From Methanobacteriota archaeon (GTDB lineage Archaea; Thermoplasmatota; Poseidoniia; Poseidoniales; Thalassarchaeaceae), in NCBI GenBank assembly GCA_002712285.1, contig PATC01000024.1:1-55003 (forward strand): a stretch of DNA of 55,003 bases, in the 5' to 3' direction. Of this stretch, positions 18,801 through 27,104 are shown piece by piece (within the stretch, counting starts at the first letter, position 1; the number at the start of each line of letters is the position of its first letter). The translations under genes and the position numbers were made by a program. The notes beneath the pieces are model-generated. The model was not told the origin of the DNA. It did no database searches and saw only the letters and a list, made by a program, of their open reading frames with translations.

Positions 18801-21800
18801 GCTTGCTGTGAATGTTAGTGGTTTTGGGATAATAATCGATTTCTCAAACAACTCGACGGAATTCGAGGAACGATTCAACTGGACATTTGTAGGGTCTAGC
18901 CATAATGGGTCCTCGATTACTTTGGATGGAACTAACTTGTCCTCACAGTATTTCCATTTGAGTTACGGTGACCCTACCATTAACTCCCTGATATGTCCAA
19001 TTTCTCTGTCAAATATGTTGGAATGTTCAATTTCTTCTCTGTCATCTTATGTGGAATCAGTAGCGTTGCAAGGAAATTCTTCTCTGATGGAGTTCGGAAT
19101 CCGTTCAGATGGCTCTCTTGAGACTCCATATGGACTCCTAAGTGGATTAGATTTCGATCCATCTGCAGGCCTTTCTGTGATAGAACGTAATGGTGATCGA
19201 TCGGGGATAGTGTTGTTTGGAAAGACAATTGGAACAATGGACTCAATCGCCGTCCATTTGGATATTGATACAGATCGCGATTTCATTCCAGATATCATTG
19301 ATGATTTACCCGCACAAGGTGGACAATGGTCCGATTACGATGGAGATGGTTACGGGGACAATTCAATTGGTCCTGGAATGGATGACTGCATGACCGATGT
19401 GGGTAGCAGTTTGTATGGTGATACAGGATGTGGAGATGTAGACAACGATCGTTGGTCGAACTTCAACGACGATTGTTCCACAGGTGGCCATTCTTACTAC
19501 GACAGAGTTGGTTGCAGCGATGCCGATGGAGATGGCTGGTCTAACAATGGAGGAGATTATTCCAATGGTGACATCGCACCCACAAATTGGTTTCAAGCGA
19601 GGGATGCAGATGGCGATGGTATTGGAGATAACCACGGTCCTGATTGCTGTGGTTTTGACTTAGCTGATGAATTCCCTGATGATCCAAAACAATGGGTCGA
19701 TGCAGATGGTGATGGTGTGGGTGACAATTCCTCCGATCCAGATGGTGACCAATGTCCAGGGCTGTTAGGTCTGAGTATACACGATCGAGCTGGTTGTGTA
19801 GATAGCGATGGTGACGGATATAGTGACCCTACTGAGGCGACAAGCACGGCAAATGATGATGCTTGGACTATTGATGATGGTGCGGATATGTGGCCTTGGA
19901 GCCCAACAGATACCTCACCCGAGAACACCTGTGGAACCTTGTGCCATCAGCAGTGGGCTGACTCAGATGGGGATGGCTTCGGTGACAACAGTTCAATTGG
20001 TGCTTTCCTTAGAGATGCCTTCCCAACAGATGGATGGCAATGGTCCGACACAGACAACGATGGATATGGTGACAATTGGGATGATCCCGCCCTCAATGCG
20101 ACACGGGCCGGAGGAGTTGGCCAATGGGTTCCTCAAGCAAATCTTAGCGATGATTGTCCAACAGTGACTGGAAATTCTTCCTTGGACCGTTGGGGTTGTT
20201 TGGATACAGATGGGGATGGTCATTCCAATCTCTATTCATTCGATATTGATGAGAACACTGGACTACGTGTAAACGAGCGTGGGGATGCACTGCCAGATAA
20301 TCCGGCACAGTGGCGTGACAAGGATGGAGATGGTTTCGGGGATTTCCCTCAAGAGCAGGGCGGTGACCAATGTGTGGGTGTTCCGGGTGTCTTGAATGGT
20401 ATTCCAGGTGATGGTTGTCCAGCTCCAATTGATGATGCGGATGTAGATGGTGTAGCCGACGAATCCGACCTCTGTCCGAGCACTGCTTCGGGAGCATCTG
20501 TTGATCAGAATGGGTGTTCAGATGCGCAGCGTGATGATGATAACGACGGAATCCTAAATCCTGTTGATCTTTGTCCAGGAACCACTTCCGATACTTCGGT
20601 TGATTCAGACGGTTGTAGTGATATTCAGAAGAATGCTGATTCGGATGGTGATGGAGTACGCGATCTAGACGATCTTTGTGCTGAGACCAGTTTATCAGCG
20701 AACGATGTAGATTCTAATGGGTGCGCTCCTTCACAGCGTGACACAGATGGAGACGGCATCACAGATGATCTTGATGATTGTCCAAACACAACTCTTGGGG
20801 CAGCAGTAGACGATGTTGGTTGTGTTCTTGCTGGTGTTGATAGTGATGGTGACGGCATCGATGACATTGAGGATGCGTTCCCAACCGAAGTAACACAGTG
20901 GACTGATGTTGATGGCGATGGTTTCGGTGACAATGCGGAAGGTGTAGTTCCAGATGATTGCCCATCTGTTTCTGGAGAATCCGATCAAGACCGGAACGGT
21001 TGCCCGGACGGTGATGGAGACGGTTGGTCTGATCCCGACTCATCTAATTCTGTACCGCCGATTGGCACGGCTGATGCGTTCCCTAACGATTCTACACAGT
21101 GGAGGGATCGTGATAGTGATGGATATGGCGATGAGGCCGATGGTAGTAATCCAGACCAGTGTCCAGACTTACCAGGAGTAGAAGACGGAAATTCTGGAAA
21201 CAATATCGATGGAGGTGAAGGTGGAGCAGGATGTCCTTACGTTGACAAGACCGATACTGATGGAGACGGTGTCTATGATACTGTGGATATCTGCCCAGAT
21301 AGTCCATCTGGGGTTTACGTTGACCAATCTAACGGATGCACCAATGAACAACTCGAAGAAACTGGAACTGAAGGTTCAGAAGGTGTAGATCTGATGATGA
21401 TTGCAGCTGCTGGAGGCGGTCTTCTCGGTCTTCTTCTCATCATTGTTCTCGTTCTGAGGCTCTTTACTGGTGGCGATTACGAAGATGATGATGACTGGTA
21501 TGGTGATGATGATGATGATGATGAGCCACGAGCTTTCAGTTTTGGTTCAAAATCCACTCGCGTTGAGAAGCAATCAGAACCGCCTCGTCGTGGAACATCA
21601 AGTCCACGTCCATCTGCATCACCTCCGTCACGGAGTAACCCGCCTAGCCGTTCTATTGGGCCGCCAAAGAGACAATCTGGTCCACCATCCCGTAGCCCCG
21701 GTCCACCGAAGAGGAAGCCAGCACCAGCATCTAAGACTCCTCGTGTTGCCCGAACTCCAGTCAAGACCAATCTCGATGAAATCCCTAAGGTTGCAACCCC

Positions 21801-22146
21801 TCGCATTGACCCTCGAAAAGTGACTTCATCAGAAGCAGCCCCAGTCCGACGTGTGCGTCGTACTGCGGGTGTGGTATCTTCGATTTCAGAAGATAATCCT
21901 TCTCCGACGACCACTAAGAAAGTCGCAAAGAAGGCAGTTCGAACTGTGAAGGAAACTTCAGATCCTTCAGTGTCCTTTGACTCCTTATTCGATGATCCGA
22001 AGAGTGAACAGGTGCTTGCTTCCATCGAGATGGCGCGTTCGATGGTTAGTGAAGGAAAAGAAGATCGGGACATTCTTCGACAGCTCCAGCGAGCTGGTGG
22101 TTGGAGCGCAGAACAGTCACGAGCGATCCTCGATACGTCCCGATGA
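15877..22146 (+). CDS. Giant surface protein with FG-GAP (integrin-alpha-like) and thrombospondin-3 repeats, TM and long cytoplasmic tail
   Basis: FG-GAP repeats (FGAKIVPIGDVQNDGYED, LGYSMGIIGDVNGDGFDDLGIGEP); TSP3 repeats from about 19260; TM near 21390-21470. Start lies between 15838 and 15886. Confidence 0.85.
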   Translation: MKVVKGRLLVLLMLLSVLSPIAQPPSALEDESSHSATIQAPLPTNEWGEELAGEDITHLGVDWTVQSTRSLREFDVLHLLDRGDTTHSDDYSDLDMVLDRFGGVHACVHNGTSGSLEYFHLNSTGIVVRTIVDDHATNVVGKSCDIELDARERARIAYLDVTTNELKFAIDTPHHYVDFQDWHVRTVTGFGTVSAPIDLVILSGDEDITGGAGTDFVLWMESGTNHLHASYYTSTYWEHESVIESAIEGFSARQEGNSIRILHEVSGLIRTAEWPSMNMTNIDAGAYIGAPLDDAGQGDDIQTVYAGENETLIQFARSLSGRREGRITIDPVSTISDPDENDTSPRLNQGDFNCDGVTDIVVLTDDEVGIYHGRTSGLNSLPDSTITLNLGDHYADVADINKDGCDDLLLGSSGEGNAEIHLGSISSLQLFWNHTGNEGSGFGAKIVPIGDVQNDGYEDWAVLASQESGSDSSVGRIYIFHGGSSPPTSSSLTLTGSGTNLQYGWAIEPLGDIDDDGFDDMVVSSAGGLTDLTGYGRVDLHTGGATGHSTSPESTWTRTLQGTFLGYSMGIIGDVNGDGFDDLGIGEPYVDSAGPSSVGALHVLFGSASGFGSNYNQTISGPSAGSRLGVQMAAAGDVDRDGYDDVWAIRPGVGNDGDLALLWGSSTGLLSTPRLYEMGDLSDVVRVSDLDDDAQEEWVFVGEGDLPIHEHLDLEIASITGPFGQSQTFTSLDLVIDGSERSVIGVHTDSGFVILDRPDELFTSTGQWSQRLIFDSEDAAIDVTESGRIVVVYECNQGTLCLGRDVGHIASIATIESIGDAGSSPQAIVSENGELRTSYMLGSSLIRFANATNSGFEISSGPSLGSLNGTPIVDLERNLMFWRDDSTLMAAQWNSSGWDSIALSPVGEANYSHFDVAGISSSNETLVTYVASDGLRTLRFDADAWTISNETVHNLSEMDDYLHLRTFSTDYGESLLAVNVSGFGIIIDFSNNSTEFEERFNWTFVGSSHNGSSITLDGTNLSSQYFHLSYGDPTINSLICPISLSNMLECSISSLSSYVESVALQGNSSLMEFGIRSDGSLETPYGLLSGLDFDPSAGLSVIERNGDRSGIVLFGKTIGTMDSIAVHLDIDTDRDFIPDIIDDLPAQGGQWSDYDGDGYGDNSIGPGMDDCMTDVGSSLYGDTGCGDVDNDRWSNFNDDCSTGGHSYYDRVGCSDADGDGWSNNGGDYSNGDIAPTNWFQARDADGDGIGDNHGPDCCGFDLADEFPDDPKQWVDADGDGVGDNSSDPDGDQCPGLLGLSIHDRAGCVDSDGDGYSDPTEATSTANDDAWTIDDGADMWPWSPTDTSPENTCGTLCHQQWADSDGDGFGDNSSIGAFLRDAFPTDGWQWSDTDNDGYGDNWDDPALNATRAGGVGQWVPQANLSDDCPTVTGNSSLDRWGCLDTDGDGHSNLYSFDIDENTGLRVNERGDALPDNPAQWRDKDGDGFGDFPQEQGGDQCVGVPGVLNGIPGDGCPAPIDDADVDGVADESDLCPSTASGASVDQNGCSDAQRDDDNDGILNPVDLCPGTTSDTSVDSDGCSDIQKNADSDGDGVRDLDDLCAETSLSANDVDSNGCAPSQRDTDGDGITDDLDDCPNTTLGAAVDDVGCVLAGVDSDGDGIDDIEDAFPTEVTQWTDVDGDGFGDNAEGVVPDDCPSVSGESDQDRNGCPDGDGDGWSDPDSSNSVPPIGTADAFPNDSTQWRDRDSDGYGDEADGSNPDQCPDLPGVEDGNSGNNIDGGEGGAGCPYVDKTDTDGDGVYDTVDICPDSPSGVYVDQSNGCTNEQLEETGTEGSEGVDLMMIAAAGGGLLGLLLIIVLVLRLFTGGDYEDDDDWYGDDDDDDEPRAFSFGSKSTRVEKQSEPPRRGTSSPRPSASPPSRSNPPSRSIGPPKRQSGPPSRSPGPPKRKPAPASKTPRVARTPVKTNLDEIPKVATPRIDPRKVTSSEAAPVRRVRRTAGVVSSISEDNPSPTTTKKVAKKAVRTVKETSDPSVSFDSLFDDPKSEQVLASIEMARSMVSEGKEDRDILRQLQRAGGWSAEQSRAILDTSR

Positions 22147-22176
22147 GATTCAAATCATGAATGACTAGCATCAGAT

Positions 22177-22190
22177 TGATTCATGAATCA
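22177..22190. promoter_or_regulatory. Perfect 14-bp palindrome TGATTCATGAATCA in an intergenic region
   Basis: Self-reverse-complementary sequence 33 nt upstream of ATG 22224. Confidence 0.45.
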
Positions 22191-22223
22191 CCTGCACCGA
22201 CCGGATGAAAGAGGTGGACGGAG

Positions 22224-23504
22224 ATGACCGAATCTGAAGTCGAAGGCGCCTCGCTTCCGACAGACGGCATTGATGTTGATGAAACATCAGCGTATTTTGG
22301 CGTCACTCAGACGTCGGATCTGATTATCCGATTGAACGAGACAGATCGCTTGAATGGTCTTGGGGAGTTCCTGACACTAACCAGTGATCTCCTGCTCACA
22401 GATCAGTTTGATTTTGATGTTGTTTCGGAACGTTTGGGTTGTGAATCAGGTGAGATTTACTATCTACTTTCGGGACCATTTGGGATTTTCACTATGACTG
22501 ATCCACTACGTCTCTATCTTGGTCAACAGGATTCTGGAGGAAACCAAGGTACCGTTCCCGATATTCCCTCCGAGGAAATCGCTGCTTTGGATACCTTCAA
22601 CGATCCATTTAGGATTCTCAAATTACTCGCAGTTGGCCATACAGTTGGAGGTATCAAGGAACTCGATCTTTACATTGCAGCATTTGAGGAGTTGATTGCC
22701 GACCCGTCTACAAATAGAGTCCGTCTTATTGCCCTCAAGGCACAATTAGATCAGACATTGGAGAAGGCGAAGACGACCTTAGAGGTCTCTGGCCTATCAG
22801 TACTTAGTATGACACAGGTGGCTTCCCAGATTATCCGTGCACCTGAAGGCGTCTCTCCTCCGAAACCTGCGGAAGTCGTAACAGAATCCAATACACCAGT
22901 TCCAGTCGAAGTTGTTTCTTCTGATACGTCTGAACCAACTAGTTCCGTTCCTGAACCTATCTCTGAGATCCAGAATATATCAGGTGCAGAAGACGCTCTT
23001 GCTGCTGCTTTCTCCGGAGAAAATCCACCGTCCCCTTCTTCCATTCCGTCGGTTGAGACAGGGCCTGCTGAAGACGCTCTTGCGTCTGCCTTTTCAGTTC
23101 CTTCACCCTCTCCTGTAGTTGTATCTGAATCACCACAAGTAGCTCAACCTCCAGTTGAATCGGTCAAACTCGAAGACGTATCTTCAGAATCAGTTCCTCC
23201 GACACCGCCGATTCCAGCGAAAGCACCGACTGTTCTTGCTCCATCCCGTGCTCCAATTGGAAGCCGAGCACCTCCTTCACAGCCCACATTCGGACAGACG
23301 GCTCAACCCACTTTCGGGGCTTTACCATCTAGTGGACAAACCCCAGTTAGTACATCAGGTCCAGTGGGCTCAGGAAAAGTGCGCAATAGAGGTATTTCTG
23401 GAGTTCATGCTACTATACAGACTGGTGTTTTCTGTGCATCATGTGGTATTGGTGTCGAGCATCATTGGCGATATTGCCCTCTTTGCTCGAATCGACTAAT
23501 GTGA
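22224..23504 (+). CDS. Cytoplasmic protein with helical N-domain, Pro/Ser-rich disordered region and C-terminal zinc ribbon
   Basis: CASCG...YCPLC at the C-terminus; no signal peptide; SD-like GAGGTGG upstream. Confidence 0.75.
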   Translation: MTESEVEGASLPTDGIDVDETSAYFGVTQTSDLIIRLNETDRLNGLGEFLTLTSDLLLTDQFDFDVVSERLGCESGEIYYLLSGPFGIFTMTDPLRLYLGQQDSGGNQGTVPDIPSEEIAALDTFNDPFRILKLLAVGHTVGGIKELDLYIAAFEELIADPSTNRVRLIALKAQLDQTLEKAKTTLEVSGLSVLSMTQVASQIIRAPEGVSPPKPAEVVTESNTPVPVEVVSSDTSEPTSSVPEPISEIQNISGAEDALAAAFSGENPPSPSSIPSVETGPAEDALASAFSVPSPSPVVVSESPQVAQPPVESVKLEDVSSESVPPTPPIPAKAPTVLAPSRAPIGSRAPPSQPTFGQTAQPTFGALPSSGQTPVSTSGPVGSGKVRNRGISGVHATIQTGVFCASCGIGVEHHWRYCPLCSNRLM

Positions 23505-24503
23505 TTAATTCGATTGGAATACGCCAGAATCGATTAGGTACTGATCACCTAGACGAACCGTAGATTTCGTGGTCACTGCACTAGATCGAAGGTCAACACC
23601 CCGGCGATTATTCGATTGCTTCAAGACAATGTAGCAACTTCCGAGAACTTTCTCATCTTCTAGCGCATTACCAGTAATTCTTGCTTGAGGATTCATTCCG
23701 AAACCGAATTCAACTAATTGGATCGAGTCAATTCCATCCTCGGTAATTTCAGCAATCTGTTCTTTTAGCTGACCATCTTCTGGTCCTTCGATTTCAATAA
23801 GACGACCTTGGTCAAAGATTACAGTAATCGGAGATTTGAGTGCGACAGAGTCCCAAGCCCCATCGATTTCGATTGTTCCAGTCACAGTTTCTGTTTTGAC
23901 TTGAGAGAAAATTTTGCCTGCAGGTAGATTTGTAACTTGCCCTGGTCGATTACAAATACCGTTGTCTTCGAGATTCCAACGACCAGAAATATCGAAGCTC
24001 AACCCTGTTCCATTTCCTTCGATGACGACACTCCGGTGTCGTCTCAAAATTTTACCCATCGTGGCGATACTGGTCTGAAGGCTATCAAAATCTGCAGTCA
24101 TGCCTCCTTCAATAAACATGGCCCGATTTACCCCGGGCATCGTAGCTATCCTTGCTCCATCCTTGGAAGCGGTTAATCGAGCACGGGTGTGAGTCAATGA
24201 GTAACGTGTTGCTGCGATTACAACATGTTGTCGTCGCATCATATCGGCTACTGGATTCGGTGGTTCCTGTCCGTGACGATGGGTGCTTGGCATCATAACC
24301 ATGAGAACACGATCTGAAACTTGCGACCCAGCCTCATATAGCGCCTGTCCAATCTCTGCAGTATGGGGATCGGTGACAATCAGGAGATTTTCATGACTGC
24401 GTAGTTGCATGCAGGTATCAATAACGGTACGTGCCGAATTACGAATCCTCTCTTTCTCAGCCGCATCCGCAGCCACAGACCCGAGGTCCTGCTCATCGAC
24501 CAT
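23505..24503 (-). CDS. Aminopeptidase M29 (AmpS/AmpT-like) homolog, probably catalytically degenerate
   Basis: EPPNPVA, SLTHTRAR, GARIATMPG, NLPAG, FGFGMNP and LEDEKVLG motifs are present, but several metal ligands are substituted. Confidence 0.8.
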   Translation of the reverse strand: MVDEQDLGSVAADAAEKERIRNSARTVIDTCMQLRSHENLLIVTDPHTAEIGQALYEAGSQVSDRVLMVMMPSTHRHGQEPPNPVADMMRRQHVVIAATRYSLTHTRARLTASKDGARIATMPGVNRAMFIEGGMTADFDSLQTSIATMGKILRRHRSVVIEGNGTGLSFDISGRWNLEDNGICNRPGQVTNLPAGKIFSQVKTETVTGTIEIDGAWDSVALKSPITVIFDQGRLIEIEGPEDGQLKEQIAEITEDGIDSIQLVEFGFGMNPQARITGNALEDEKVLGSCYIVLKQSNNRRGVDLRSSAVTTKSTVRLGDQYLIDSGVFQSN

Positions 24504-24620
24504 TGCCCCTCAATCCTATCTCTGGTTATTCAAACCGCGTCCGAATCAAAGCGGCTCTCATCACCATAGATGCTAGCAATTAGCCATGGCTTTGATATCA
24601 TACCACGTAATCGTTCATTC

Positions 24621-27104
24621 ATGAGACAAACAGGAAAGTATGCAATTTTGTTGACTCTTCTGATGATTGGAACTAGTCTTGCAGGTTGTTTGAGTATCGT
24701 GGATGATATCATTGATGAAATCGAAGATTCTTCTGATGATTATCCCTCATTGGAGCTTGGCGAGCGTGCACGTGCATCCCCGGCTCTCCAAACCTATGAT
24801 GCTTGTTCGGATCTTTTAGCAGATCTTCGGGAAGCTGCATTTGAGGAGGCATTGGTTTCTCTTGATCAGAATGCCTACTGGCATTGGACTGATTCCTACT
24901 ATTATGCCCTCCGTGAAGGCGATGTAATGATGGATGGTGTTGCTGAGATGGCATCAGATGATATGGCAGTTGATGGTGCTACTCCAACAACAGGTGCTAC
25001 AGATTCTGGAAATTCCGCTCCTGTAGAAGGCGAGGATTTCTCTGGAACTAACAATCAGGAGGAAGGCGTAGATGAAGCAGACTTTCTCAAAACCGATGGA
25101 CGCTGGATATACGTGATCAATAATGGTCATCTCGTAGTTCTTGGTGTTCCTGAGTTTGGTCAATTAGAGATGGTCTCCAATATGACGCTGGACGGTACCC
25201 CGCGCGAAATGCTTCTAGATGGAGATCGTCTCGTCCTTATCTCCACTCTATACTACTGGAATCTTGAGGTGGATGACCCTCTCCGTGCATTGATGGTTAC
25301 AGGAGATTTGGACGAGTGGGGTTACTACGCATACAGGATGCAGAATCTTGTTCAATACACGGTCATCGATGTCAGTAACCGTAGTGCGCCTGAAGTCGAG
25401 CGCGAAATATTCGTAGAAGGATACTATCACACTGCCCGTCTTGTCAACGGAACAATGCGTAGTGTCACACATGCTACAACCTACATTGATGGATTGCTCC
25501 ATTACCCCGAACTTCCGTCAGATTACTGGCAGATTGATGATCGCTATGACCGGATGGATGTTTGGAATAGTTCAGTGGATGACGCTATTCTCCATAATCG
25601 ACAAATTACAGATAGCTTAGTGTTAGAGGATTTTGCTCCACGTATCTACGAACGCATCGATGATACGATCATGACACACCCTGTGACAGCCGGCGATTGC
25701 AGCGAGTTCTCCATGGCTGATAGTTCGCTCTCGCGTGGATTCACTACAATCTCCACGATTGGTCTCTTTGAGGAGGATACAACCATCCAAGTGGATCATA
25801 TTGGTTCTTCATGGGTAAACGTCTACTCATCTGGGGAGATGATGGTGCTTGCCGAACCTGCAAACGATTGGTGGTGGTATTGGGGCACAGATGAGATGTA
25901 TGAAGATGAGACTAATATTCACGCCTTCGATATTTCTGAACCGTCAAACACCGAGTATATCGGTTCAGGACGCGTGACAGGAAACGTACAGGACCAGTTC
26001 TCAATTTCTGAGCATGATGGTAGTATCCGTGTTGCATCTACATCAGACAATTGGGACCGTTGGTGGTTGGCTGCAACTGAAATCGCTGTTGATATCGCCG
26101 AGGCTGTTGATGTAGCAATTGCTACTGATTCTGAACCTATCATTGAACCAGAGATTCCAGAATGCCTCGGCCCATCGAACCACGTATCAGTTCTACAGAA
26201 TGTTGGTGACGGCGTTCTTGAGACAGTTGGTGAGATCAATGATATCGCCTGTGGTGAACGTATCTGGAGTGCTCGTTTTGTTGGTGAAATTGGTTACCTT
26301 GTCACATTCCGAAACATCGATCCTCTCTGGACAATTGATCTCTCGGATCCGACTAATCCAACAATTCTCGGCGAGCTTGAGGTTCCAGGTGTCTCGACCT
26401 ACATTCATCCGGTCAACGAAGATCTTCTCCTCACTATCGGCATCGGTCCCGCTGGAGAGGATGGTTTCGGCCTTGATTGGTCTCAAACGCAGATCAGCCT
26501 CTTCGATGTAAGCGATTTAGAGAATCCTACTTTGGCGGATTCACTTGCACTTTCCCCAGGATACCTAGATGATAATTGTGACAACATACGCTCATGCGGT
26601 TGGTCTTGGTCATGGTCTGAAGCTACATATGAGCACAAGGCGTTCAATTACTGGGCCCCCGAGGGACTACTTGCGGTTCCACTATCCACGAACAGGTATG
26701 TCTACGATGTAATCGAGGAAAATGGCCGTCTGTATTCCTATTACGGTTATGAATTCGTTTCTACATTGAAACTCGTCGATGTTGACACTGGTAACAAGAG
26801 CCTTACTCTTCACGGAGAAGTCGACCATTCTAATCTCTATGGAGATGGGGTGCAAGAGTACTGGTACCACTCTACAGATATCAGAAGATCTGTCTTCATG
26901 GGAGATTACATCTATGCAATCTCATCGAATGGAATGACAGTCCATGTGACAGAAAATCTCAGTCATGTAACAACAGTGGATCTTCCTGAGCAACCAAGAA
27001 TAGTGTACCATAACACGGTCACGGCTTCCAATGATAAAGAGGGGGAATCGAGCGATTCCTCTGATGGTGGGGAAGGATCGGCTCCTGCATCAGATAGTGC
27101 TTGA
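24621..27104 (+). CDS. Secreted lipoprotein with beta-propeller domain (Beta_propel family)
   Basis: Lipobox LAGC; FSGTNNQEEGVDEADFLKTDG, DQFSISEHDG.IRVA, YLVTFRNIDPL, GELEVPGVSTYIHP. Confidence 0.9.
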   Translation: MRQTGKYAILLTLLMIGTSLAGCLSIVDDIIDEIEDSSDDYPSLELGERARASPALQTYDACSDLLADLREAAFEEALVSLDQNAYWHWTDSYYYALREGDVMMDGVAEMASDDMAVDGATPTTGATDSGNSAPVEGEDFSGTNNQEEGVDEADFLKTDGRWIYVINNGHLVVLGVPEFGQLEMVSNMTLDGTPREMLLDGDRLVLISTLYYWNLEVDDPLRALMVTGDLDEWGYYAYRMQNLVQYTVIDVSNRSAPEVEREIFVEGYYHTARLVNGTMRSVTHATTYIDGLLHYPELPSDYWQIDDRYDRMDVWNSSVDDAILHNRQITDSLVLEDFAPRIYERIDDTIMTHPVTAGDCSEFSMADSSLSRGFTTISTIGLFEEDTTIQVDHIGSSWVNVYSSGEMMVLAEPANDWWWYWGTDEMYEDETNIHAFDISEPSNTEYIGSGRVTGNVQDQFSISEHDGSIRVASTSDNWDRWWLAATEIAVDIAEAVDVAIATDSEPIIEPEIPECLGPSNHVSVLQNVGDGVLETVGEINDIACGERIWSARFVGEIGYLVTFRNIDPLWTIDLSDPTNPTILGELEVPGVSTYIHPVNEDLLLTIGIGPAGEDGFGLDWSQTQISLFDVSDLENPTLADSLALSPGYLDDNCDNIRSCGWSWSWSEATYEHKAFNYWAPEGLLAVPLSTNRYVYDVIEENGRLYSYYGYEFVSTLKLVDVDTGNKSLTLHGEVDHSNLYGDGVQEYWYHSTDIRRSVFMGDYIYAISSNGMTVHVTENLSHVTTVDLPEQPRIVYHNTVTASNDKEGESSDSSDGGEGSAPASDSA

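Noticed and set aside
21505-21522. (GAT)6 microsatellite
   Set aside because: In-frame poly-Asp; slippage would not shift the frame, so it is not a phase-variation switch.
8112-21823. Numerous 60-200 aa antisense or alternate-frame ORFs inside large genes
   Set aside because: Shadow ORFs produced by biased codons of the real genes; no recognisable motifs.
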